Below are positions 16,765-23,601 of a DNA stretch of 32,000 nt, in pieces (positions within the stretch are counted from its first letter, which is position 1; every line of letters begins with the position of its first letter). The stretch spans positions 450,001 to 482,000 of the forward strand of contig NZ_JAGIOS010000001.1 of NCBI RefSeq assembly GCF_017876815.1, written 5' to 3'. The stretch is from Sinorhizobium meliloti (GTDB lineage: Bacteria; Pseudomonadota; Alphaproteobacteria; Rhizobiales; Rhizobiaceae). A program made the translations under genes and the position numbers. The notes under the pieces were generated by a model. That model worked only from the letters and a program-made list of their open reading frames with translations, made no database searches and was not told the DNA's origin.

Positions 16765-16790
16765 AACGCGTGTCGGCTCGCCTTTGTTCC
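16765..16790 (-). promoter_or_regulatory. Perfect EcfG/RpoE2-type promoter GGAAC-N17-CGTT (minus strand)
   Basis: On the plus strand, aacg at 16765-16768 and gttcc at 16786-16790 are separated by 17 nt. The element is 34 nt upstream of the DUF1328 ATG. Confidence 0.7.
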
Positions 16791-16900
16791 CGGATCGGCC
16801 CCGGCTGCGCGGCGCGAGGGTGTTTGCGTGGTTCAGAAAGCATTGATTAACCAAGAGAACCGCAAATAGAACGGAACTTATATTTCCCGTGCAAGCGAGA

Positions 16901-16926
16901 GGAACCTTCGAAAGGCGCTTGGCGTT
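16901..16926 (+). promoter_or_regulatory. Perfect EcfG/RpoE2-type promoter GGAAC-N17-CGTT
   Basis: ggaac at 16901-16905, 17-nt spacer, cgtt at 16923-16926. It is 31 nt upstream of the ATG at 16957. Confidence 0.7.
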
Positions 16927-16956
16927 GTTCGCATTGAAAGAATTTCCGGGAAGACA

Positions 16957-17151
16957 ATGAAGATACCATCGCGACATATTTGGAAGACCGTAAACGAGGC
17001 CGGCCGTTATCAGGCGGATCTGCGCGATCGGAATCTTCATATAGGCAGGACGATGCGCGACCTTCAGCGCCACTCCGAGGAAAAGTACAACAAGCGGATC
17101 CAGGCACTGCTTGAAACTCTGGAACGTGCCGAACGCCAGTCGCATAAATGA
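16957..17151 (+). CDS. 64-aa hydrophilic, helix-prone protein (hypothetical; probable stress-induced)
   Basis: I prefer this ORF over the overlapping minus-strand ORFs because a perfect EcfG promoter sits directly upstream and a GGGAAG SD-like element is present. The product is charged, with no TM segment. Confidence 0.5.
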   Translation: MKIPSRHIWKTVNEAGRYQADLRDRNLHIGRTMRDLQRHSEEKYNKRIQALLETLERAERQSHK

Positions 17152-17205
17152 CGATCGCTCCGTGTCCCTCCGGCAACAGGCATGCGCCCTGGCGTCGTGC
17201 CGCGC

Positions 17206-17230
17206 GGAACAAAAGGCGCCAATCGGCGTT
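17206..17230 (+). promoter_or_regulatory. Perfect EcfG/RpoE2-type promoter GGAAC-N16-CGTT
   Basis: ggaac at 17206-17210, 16-nt spacer, cgtt at 17227-17230. It is 212 nt upstream of the lipoprotein ATG at 17442. Confidence 0.65.
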
Positions 17231-17441
17231 TTGGCGACAATAACAAGCGCCGCGGCGGCGGCATCCATGGGAGATGGGAATGCAAGCCTCGGCGGCGCCT
17301 GTTGTGATCACCCCTCCAGTGGGGATCGACGCTCAGATGAGCGTCGCAGCGGCTCCAGCCATGGCCTCGGCGCGCATTTCCGCCGAAGACTGTGCTCGGC
17401 AACTCCAGCAGTTCTGTATCAACCCTGAATAGGAACGCGTC

Positions 17442-17690
17442 ATGAAGAAGCTACTCGTCGTCGCAAGCCTGATCCTTCCCCTGGCTGCCTGCACGCAAAC
17501 CGAACGAGGTGCGGCGATCGGCGCTGCCTCCGGCGGTATCATCGGTGGTGCCATATCGAATGATGTCAGGGGAGCTGCGGTAGGCGCCGCTGTCGGCGGT
17601 GTCGCCGGAGCCCTTATCGGTCGTGCGAACGAGCCCGGCTATTGCGTCTATCGCGACCGCTACGGCCGCCGCTATACCGCGCGCTGCTGA
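17442..17690 (+). CDS. Glycine-zipper (17-kDa-antigen-like) outer-membrane lipoprotein
   Basis: The lipobox is ILPLAAC. The glycine-zipper segment is GAAIGAASGGIIGGAI...GAAVGAAVGGVAGALIG. The Cys-containing tail is YCVYRDRYGRRYTARC. Confidence 0.75.
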   Translation: MKKLLVVASLILPLAACTQTERGAAIGAASGGIIGGAISNDVRGAAVGAAVGGVAGALIGRANEPGYCVYRDRYGRRYTARC

Positions 17691-17701
17691 TACGAACGGC
17701 C

Positions 17702-17730
17702 AGCCGAGCCGCGCTCCGGCCGGCTCGGCT
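17702..17730. terminator. Bidirectional hairpin between the convergent lipoprotein and nepR genes
   Basis: Stem agccgagccg (17702-17711) pairs with cggctcggct (17721-17730), a 10-bp stem. On the plus strand it is followed by cgtttcgtc. Confidence 0.55.
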
Positions 17731-17768
17731 CGTTTCGTCGGTGGCCGACTGGCGTGAACGCTGCGACG

Positions 17769-17957
17769 TTACTCGCGCGGTCGTTCTTCGGCCTCATCCA
17801 GACGGTGCAGAAGGTCCAGAAAGTGCTGCGGCACCGGCTCGTTCTCCACCGCCTGGTAGAGCGCCTTCAGCTTCGAAGCGATTTGACCGTGAGGTTGCGT
17901 CGTTTCGGCGGGGGCGACCCCCGCTGGCACGGCGCCTTTCTTTGAGGACTTCTTCAT
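17769..17957 (-). CDS. nepR: NepR-family anti-sigma factor (62 aa)
   Basis: The internal ATG at 17957 gives MKKSSKKGAV...IASKLKALYQAVENEPVPQHFLDLLHRLDEAE. This is the NepR signature (L..Y.....EP.P..F..LL..LD). The gene is divergent from phyR. Confidence 0.8.
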   Translation of the reverse strand: MKKSSKKGAVPAGVAPAETTQPHGQIASKLKALYQAVENEPVPQHFLDLLHRLDEAEERPRE

Positions 17958-18214
17958 CTTCCCGTTCCGTGCGGGCTGCAGTTCCGCGCCATTTTCAGAT
18001 CCGCGGTAACCTGATGTGGCGCTTTTCGTGCCTGTCGGGTTCAGCTTCGGCCAATCCCATCCAAGGCCGCACCAGCCGGTCGCCCAATTCATTTGCCGCG
18101 ACTGTTTCTCAAGGCTTTCCATAAACCGGAATACGTGCTCAAAACATTTGAGGTATCCTGCTGCGCGCCGTCGGCAAGACAGGAACATATGCATAATAGT
18201 TTAGGAAGGTCTAA

Positions 18215-19012
18215 ATGCCACTTTCCACAAGGATTGCGCCCCACCTCCCCTATCTTCGGCGTTACGCCCGTGCCGTCACCGGCTCGCAAGCAGCAGGCGA
18301 TGCCTATGTCGCTGCCGTGCTCGAAGCGCTGATCGACGATCTCGAGCTTTTTCCAGCCGCGTCGAACGATCGCATCGGTCTTTACAAGCTGTTCTGTTCC
18401 CTGTTCGAAAAACTCAAGATCGACCGAACCCAGCTCGCCTCGCCTTTCGCATGGGAGCAGAGGGCGGCCTCCAATCTCTCCCTCATCGCGCCGCCCCAGA
18501 GACAGGCATTCCTGCTCGTCGCCCTCGAGGGTTTCTCGACCGGCGAGGCGGCGGAAATCATGGGGCTTGACCAAGGCGCCTTCGGCAAGCTGCTGACCAG
18601 CGCCTCGGAGGAGATTTCGCGCCAGATCGCAACCGACGTGATGATCATCGAGGATGAGCCTCTCATCGCGTTGGATATCGAGGACATGGTGACGAGCCTC
18701 GGTCACCGGGTCACCGGGATCGCCCGCACGCGCCGCGAGGCGCTTGATCTCTATCACCAGACATCGCCGAAAATGGTGCTTGCGGATATCCAGCTGGCCG
18801 ACGGCAGTTCGGGCATCGACGCGGTCAACGACATCCTGACGCAGGCGGCCGTACCGGTCATCTTCATCACCGCCTTTCCCGAACGGCTGCTGACCGGCAA
18901 GAAACCCGAGCCGGCCTTTCTGGTAACCAAACCCTTCAACCCGGAAACCGTGAAGGCGCTGATCAGCCAGGCTCTTTTCTTCGACGAACATGCGCAAGCC
19001 GGAGCGAGCTAG
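18215..19012 (+). CDS. phyR: PhyR-type anti-anti-sigma response regulator (sigma-like N-domain plus receiver)
   Basis: The N-terminus is MPLSTRIAPHLPYLRRYARAVTGSQ. The sigma region-4-like segment is QRQAFLLVALEGFSTGEAAEIMG. The receiver domain reads MIIEDEPLIALDIEDMV...VLADIQLADGSSGIDAV...VIFITAFPE...TKPF. Confidence 0.9.
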   Translation: MPLSTRIAPHLPYLRRYARAVTGSQAAGDAYVAAVLEALIDDLELFPAASNDRIGLYKLFCSLFEKLKIDRTQLASPFAWEQRAASNLSLIAPPQRQAFLLVALEGFSTGEAAEIMGLDQGAFGKLLTSASEEISRQIATDVMIIEDEPLIALDIEDMVTSLGHRVTGIARTRREALDLYHQTSPKMVLADIQLADGSSGIDAVNDILTQAAVPVIFITAFPERLLTGKKPEPAFLVTKPFNPETVKALISQALFFDEHAQAGAS

Positions 19013-19038
19013 ATAACCCTTGAAGTCAGCATGAAGGG

Positions 19039-20169
19039 TCAGCCCGGCAACTGGCGTTCCGGCTGGGGCAGCAGTATCTGCTCGAATATGATCATCGCGA
19101 TCAGCGACAGCGGAAAGGCGAGGAGCGCCCCGACAGCACCCCACATCCACGTCCAGAAAATGATCGCGACGAAGACCAGAAACGGATTGATATCGAAGCG
19201 TTGGCCGAGGATGGCGGGCACCAGCAGATTTTCCATGGCGAGGTGAACGGTGAAGAAGGCGACCGCCGGGGCGATGGCCACGATGAGCGCATCATGCGTC
19301 ATCAGCCCGCCGACGACCAAAGAGAGGGTCATGAAGGTGACGCCGAGATAGGGAATGAAACTCGAGACGAAGGCGAACAGCCCCCAAAGCGGGGGCATCG
19401 CCAGTCCGCCGACCAGCGCAATGACCATGGTTATGAAGCCCAGCGCCAGATAGATCAGGCTGGCGGTCGAGAAATATTGCGTAAGCGCATCCTCGAGGGC
19501 GTTCATGACTCGGATCGCGCTCAGGCGACCTTCGCGGCTGGGAAAAGCGAGAATGATCGTGCTGCGCAGCTGAACGCGCCCGAGCAGGAAGAGTACAAGG
19601 GCGGCCAGGAAGATCAGGGTCTGCACCAAAGCGGGCGTCAGGCTCGCCGCCGCGCCGCCGATCAGCGGTCCCGCATTCTTGACGATGACGTCGGCAAAAG
19701 CCTCTTCTCCGCTGCCGCGGGCAAGCGCTACGTTTACCCATTCGAAGCGCTGCAGATAGGGCAGTATCCGCTCCATGAGGCCTTCGACGAGCCGCGGCGC
19801 CTCGCGCGCGACCTCGGTGATCGGCCAGAGGATGGCATTGACCAGGTATGACAGGCCAAGCAGAAAGCATAGCGCCAGCAAAAGGCCGCCGAACATGGGC
19901 GGCAGCCCGAACCGCGCCAGTTCATCGGCAGCGCGGCCGAGAACGATGCCGATGACGACGGCGAGCGTGATCGGCAGGAGGATCGCTTCCATCGTATAGA
20001 CGACTGCCGCGCAGGCGATCACGAACAGGCCGATGACGCTCCAGGCGCCGGCGAGATCGATGTTGTCGCGTTTTCTGGCGACGATCGCCGATGCCTCTGC
20101 CAGAGCGATTTCCCTCTCCGCTTCGCGCTTTCGTCGACGCTCGGCCGTCGTCCGCCCGGCTGTGTCCAT
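19039..20169 (-). CDS. AI-2E family (PerM/UPF0118) transporter
   Basis: ATG at 20169 (the track start at 20175 is GTG). There are multiple TM helices, and the C-terminal motif reads ENLLVPAILGQRFDINPFLVFVAIIFWTWMWGAVGALLAFPL. Confidence 0.85.
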   Translation of the reverse strand: MDTAGRTTAERRRKREAEREIALAEASAIVARKRDNIDLAGAWSVIGLFVIACAAVVYTMEAILLPITLAVVIGIVLGRAADELARFGLPPMFGGLLLALCFLLGLSYLVNAILWPITEVAREAPRLVEGLMERILPYLQRFEWVNVALARGSGEEAFADVIVKNAGPLIGGAAASLTPALVQTLIFLAALVLFLLGRVQLRSTIILAFPSREGRLSAIRVMNALEDALTQYFSTASLIYLALGFITMVIALVGGLAMPPLWGLFAFVSSFIPYLGVTFMTLSLVVGGLMTHDALIVAIAPAVAFFTVHLAMENLLVPAILGQRFDINPFLVFVAIIFWTWMWGAVGALLAFPLSLIAMIIFEQILLPQPERQLPG

Positions 20170-20270
20170 CGGCACCTACCTCTCAAACGCTCGTGCGGCG
20201 AACAGCCCGTTCGCGGATGCAGGACGGAGGTGGCGCACTCCACCGCAGGATGCCCCCCGCGAAGCGTTGC

Positions 20271-20441
20271 TCAATGTTGCTCAGGCGGGAACAGGTGGAG
20301 CGTGGCGGAAAGCAGGCCAAGCCCACCGATGATGATCAGCAATGTGTAGGCCACGTCCTCCGGCGTCCGCGGGAAGAGACCCATGCCAAGTACCAGCACG
20401 GCAAGCGCTGACACGACGAGCCGTGGCACCCAGTAGAGCAT
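20271..20441 (-). CDS. 56-aa two-TM membrane protein (hypothetical); below the ORF-track cutoff
   Basis: Hand translation gives MLYWVPRLVVSALAVLVLGMGLFPRTPEDVAYTLLIIIGGLGLLSATLHLFPPEQH. GGAGG lies 7 nt before the ATG at 20441, and an EcfG promoter sits directly upstream. Confidence 0.5.
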   Translation of the reverse strand: MLYWVPRLVVSALAVLVLGMGLFPRTPEDVAYTLLIIIGGLGLLSATLHLFPPEQH

Positions 20442-20472
20442 GTCTCAACCTCCATTGCGGAACGCACCGATA

Positions 20473-20498
20473 AACGCCGCAACTGCGGAAATCGTTCC
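20473..20498 (-). promoter_or_regulatory. Perfect EcfG/RpoE2-type promoter GGAAC-N17-CGTT (minus strand)
   Basis: On the plus strand, aacg at 20473-20476 and gttcc at 20494-20498 are separated by 17 nt. The element is 32 nt upstream of the ATG at 20441. Confidence 0.7.
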
Positions 20499-20525
20499 TG
20501 CGCGACACGCGTGTAAGGACGGCAG

Positions 20526-20556
20526 CAAAACGCCGCCGGCCCAGGGGCCGACGGCG
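20526..20556 (-). terminator. Rho-independent terminator after ridA (end of the dpp-ridA transcription unit)
   Basis: An 11-bp stem (one mismatch) pairs cgccgccggcc with ggccgacggcg. On the minus strand it is followed by TTTTGCTG. Confidence 0.55.
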
Positions 20557-20593
20557 GGGAAAGTGGAGCGTATATCTGCTTGCGTGAAACGGC

Positions 20594-20947
20594 TTAGAGA
20601 GCTGCCGTCACGATGACTTCGACGAGATATTCCGGGGTTGCGAGTTTCGCTTCGCCGGTCGCGCGGGCCGGCGCGTGGCCCTGAGGCACCCAGGCGTCCC
20701 AGACCGAGTTCATCTTGGCGAAGTCCGCCATGTCGGCAAGCCAGACGGTCGCGGAAAGAATGCGCGTCTTGTCCGTGCCTGCGAGCGCCAGCAGACGGTC
20801 GACCTCCGCCAGCGCCTGCTTCGTCTGGGTGACGACGTCGTCGCCGGCATTGCCGACCTGGCCGGCGAGATAGACCGTGTTGTTGTAGACCACGGCCTGG
20901 CTCATCCGCGGGCCGGTTTCGAAACGCCTGATTTCCATAATCCTCAT
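20594..20947 (-). CDS. RidA/YjgF family protein
   Basis: The translation reads ...MEIRRFETGPRMSQAVVYNNTVYLAGQVG...TRILSATVWLADMADFAKMN...PARATGEAKLATPEYLVEVIVTA. The start is either 20947 or 20938. Confidence 0.8.
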   Translation of the reverse strand: MRIMEIRRFETGPRMSQAVVYNNTVYLAGQVGNAGDDVVTQTKQALAEVDRLLALAGTDKTRILSATVWLADMADFAKMNSVWDAWVPQGHAPARATGEAKLATPEYLVEVIVTAAL

Positions 20948-21002
20948 CCTGGTATTGAGCCGAACAACGGTCTGCCGGCATTTGGGTGATACGTATTTCC
21001 GC

Positions 21003-21830
21003 TCAGGCGGCATTCTTCCGGGCGAGCCGGGCCTTGATGCTGGCAACATCCGCCCGCGGCGTCGCCGCGAACAACGTCTTCGTATAATCGTGCTGCGGGT
21101 CGGAGAATACCGCGTCCCGGCTGCCATACTCGACCGCTTCGCCGTAATACATCACCATTACGTCATCGGCGATGTAGCGCACCACCGACAGATCGTGACT
21201 GATGAAGACATAGGTGAGCTTGAATTCGTCCTGCAGATCGGCGAGCAGGTTCAGAACCTGCGCCTGTACGGAGAGGTCGAGGGCCGAAACCGGCTCATCC
21301 AGAACCAGAAGCTTGGGATTGAGCATCAGCGCACGGGCGATCGCGATGCGCTGCCGCTGGCCGCCGGAGAACATGTGCGGATAGCGATTGTAGTGCTTCT
21401 CCTCGAGGCCGACCTTCTTCAACATCGCCATTGCCCGCTCGCGGCGTTCGCCTGCCGGGACCTTGGTGTTGATGATGAGCGGTTCCGCGAGAATATCGCC
21501 GATCTTCTGGCGAGGATTGAGGGAGCCGTAAGGGTTCTGAAAGACGATCTGGACCTTGCGGCGCATCTCCGCCGTCAGCCCTTCGCGGGCGATGTCGACC
21601 GTCTTGCCGTCGATCAACAGCTCTCCCGCGGTCGCCGGGTCGATGAGCGTGATGATGCGTCCGAGCGTAGACTTGCCGCAGCCGCTTTCGCCCACGATCG
21701 CGAGCGTCTTGCCCTCGTCGACCGTGAAGCTTACGCCCTTCAGCGCATGAACGGTGCGCGCCTTGCGGAACAGGTTGCCGGGAATGTGATAGTCACGCAC
21801 CAGGTTGCGGGCTTCGAGAACATGGGTCAT
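21003..21830 (-). CDS. dppF: Dipeptide ABC transporter ATP-binding protein DppF
   Basis: Walker A is GESGCGKST, the signature motif is FSGGQRQR, and Walker B is LLVLDEPVSALD. It is last in the dppABCDF order, and its ATGA start overlaps the dppD stop. Confidence 0.9.
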   Translation of the reverse strand: MTHVLEARNLVRDYHIPGNLFRKARTVHALKGVSFTVDEGKTLAIVGESGCGKSTLGRIITLIDPATAGELLIDGKTVDIAREGLTAEMRRKVQIVFQNPYGSLNPRQKIGDILAEPLIINTKVPAGERRERAMAMLKKVGLEEKHYNRYPHMFSGGQRQRIAIARALMLNPKLLVLDEPVSALDLSVQAQVLNLLADLQDEFKLTYVFISHDLSVVRYIADDVMVMYYGEAVEYGSRDAVFSDPQHDYTKTLFAATPRADVASIKARLARKNAA

Positions 21831-22681
21831 CGAGCAGCTCCCTCGAGCATTTGTTGCTCATTGAAAAGTTCGGAAATCGTCGGCAAGCGGTCTCCCGTCG
21901 CATTCTCCGGCAAGGCCGAGAGAAGCGCGCGGGTGTAATTGCTCTTCGGCGACTCGAACAGCGACAGGACATCCGCCTCTTCGATCTTCCGGCCCTTGTA
22001 CTGCACGATGACGCGATCCGCCGTCTCCGCCACGACGCCCATGTTATGGGTGATCATGATGAGGCCCATGCGGAATTCCTGCTGCAGCTTCATCAGGAGA
22101 TCGAGAATCTGCTTCTGGATCGTCACGTCCAGTGCGGTTGTCGGCTCGTCTGCGATGAGCAGTTTCGGGTTGCAGGCAAGCGCGATGGCGATCATCACGC
22201 GTTGGCACTGCCCGCCCGACATCTGGTGCGGAAAGTGCCCGAGGCGCTCGGCCGGGTCGGGAATGCCTACCGCCTCGAAAAGCTCGATCGCGCGCTTGCG
22301 CCGCGCGGCCCGGTCGAGGCCCATATGTATCCGCAGCACTTCCTCGATCTGGAAACCGACGGTGAAGCATGGATTGAGGCTGGCGATGGGCTCCTGAAAG
22401 ATCATCGCAATGTCCTTGCCGACGATCTTGCGACGGTCGGAGGCCGGCATCTTCAATAGATCCCGTCCGTTGAAGGCGAGCTTGTCCGCGGTCACCTTGG
22501 CGGTCCAGGGCAGAAGCCCCATGGCGGCAAGCATGGACACGGATTTGCCGGAGCCCGATTCCCCGACGATCGCCAGGACCTCGCCCTCATGCACTTTGAG
22601 CGAGACGCCGTCGACGGCTCGGAACGGCCCGGACGCCGTCTGGAATTCGACGACGAGGTTTTCGATTTCGAGAAGCGCCAT
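21827..22681 (-). CDS. dppD: Dipeptide ABC transporter ATP-binding protein DppD
   Basis: Walker A is GESGSGKS, the signature motif is MSGGQCQRV, and Walker B is LLIADEPTTALD. Confidence 0.9.
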   Translation of the reverse strand: MALLEIENLVVEFQTASGPFRAVDGVSLKVHEGEVLAIVGESGSGKSVSMLAAMGLLPWTAKVTADKLAFNGRDLLKMPASDRRKIVGKDIAMIFQEPIASLNPCFTVGFQIEEVLRIHMGLDRAARRKRAIELFEAVGIPDPAERLGHFPHQMSGGQCQRVMIAIALACNPKLLIADEPTTALDVTIQKQILDLLMKLQQEFRMGLIMITHNMGVVAETADRVIVQYKGRKIEEADVLSLFESPKSNYTRALLSALPENATGDRLPTISELFNEQQMLEGAAR

Positions 22682-22682
22682 G

Positions 22683-23591
22683 TCAGGACCTCTTCAGCTT
22701 GGGGTCTAGAGCGTCGCGCAGGCCGTCGCCCATCAGATTGATTGCCAGAACGGTCACGAGGATAGCGAGGCCTGGAAGCGTCACGACCCACCAGGCACGG
22801 AGGATGAATTCGCGTGCTTCCGCCAGCATCGTTCCCCATTCCGGCGTCGGCGGCTGCGCACCCATGCCCAGGAAGCCGAGTGCCGCCGCATCGAGGATCG
22901 CGCTCGAAAACGAGAGCGTCGCCTGAACGATGAGCGGCGCCATGCAGTTCGGCAGGATGGTCTTGAACATCAGCCTCGCATGTCCGGCTCCGGCGACCTT
23001 CGCCGCCACCACGTAGTCGCGCGTCTTCTCCGTCATCACCGCCGCCCGCGTCAGGCGAACGAAATGCGGCTGGAAAACCAGCGCGATCGCGATCATCGCA
23101 TTGGTGAGGCCCGGCCCCAGCACCGCCACCAGGACGAGCGCCAGCAGGAGCGACGGGAAGGCCAGGATGATGTCCATGACCCGCATGATGACCGTGTCGA
23201 TCCACCCGCGGAAATAGCCGGCGATGACGCCGACGAGGATTCCGCCGGTCAGCGACAAAACCGTCACGATGACGCCGACGAAGAGCGAGAAGCGGGTGCC
23301 GTAGATGAGACGGGAGAGCATGTCGCGGCCGACGGCGTCGGTGCCGAGCAGGAAAGTCGCGCGGCCGCCTTCCTGCCAGACGGGCGGGAGCAGCACCGCC
23401 TCACGGAACTGGATGGTCGGGTTATGGGGTGCCACCAGCGGAGCGAAGATGGCGAGCAGCACCAGGAACAGGAAGAAGAACAGGCCGATGACGGCGCCGC
23501 GGTTCTCCGAGAAATAATACCAGAACTCGGCGAGACGCGCCCGGCGCGTCGGATCGGTGGATATGGCGGTTGTTGCGGTAGCTTCGGTCAT
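22683..23591 (-). CDS. dppC: Dipeptide ABC transporter permease DppC
   Basis: BPD-type permease with an N-terminal OppC-like segment and the EAA-loop region AAKVAGAGHARLMFKTILPN. Confidence 0.9.
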   Translation of the reverse strand: MTEATATTAISTDPTRRARLAEFWYYFSENRGAVIGLFFFLFLVLLAIFAPLVAPHNPTIQFREAVLLPPVWQEGGRATFLLGTDAVGRDMLSRLIYGTRFSLFVGVIVTVLSLTGGILVGVIAGYFRGWIDTVIMRVMDIILAFPSLLLALVLVAVLGPGLTNAMIAIALVFQPHFVRLTRAAVMTEKTRDYVVAAKVAGAGHARLMFKTILPNCMAPLIVQATLSFSSAILDAAALGFLGMGAQPPTPEWGTMLAEAREFILRAWWVVTLPGLAILVTVLAINLMGDGLRDALDPKLKRS

Positions 23592-23601
23592 ATCGCTCTC
23601 C

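Noticed and set aside
16735-17311. Minus-strand ORFs of 177 aa and 154 aa across the 16.7-17.3 kb region
   Set aside because: Neither has an SD or a recognisable motif, and their sequences are Cys/Arg-rich. Three perfect stress promoters indicate that the DUF1328 gene on the minus strand and the plus-strand genes are the expressed units here.
17964-17985. Two GGAAC pentamers (minus strand) just upstream of the nepR ATG
   Set aside because: There is no CGTT at a 16-17 nt spacing (the best candidate is CGGG), and they lie within about 30 nt of the start codon. They are unlikely to be functional EcfG promoters.
18182-18201. GGAAC upstream of phyR, which could have been an autoregulatory EcfG promoter
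   Set aside because: The nearest GTT lies only 12 nt after the GGAAC (16-17 nt is needed), and the element would sit about 14 nt from the ATG. I do not count it as a promoter.
18089-19150. 353-aa ORF on the minus strand
   Set aside because: It is entirely antisense to phyR, whose frame has unmistakable PhyR sigma-like and receiver motifs. The antisense product is an R/G/D/L-rich sequence with no motif. This is a typical high-GC shadow ORF.
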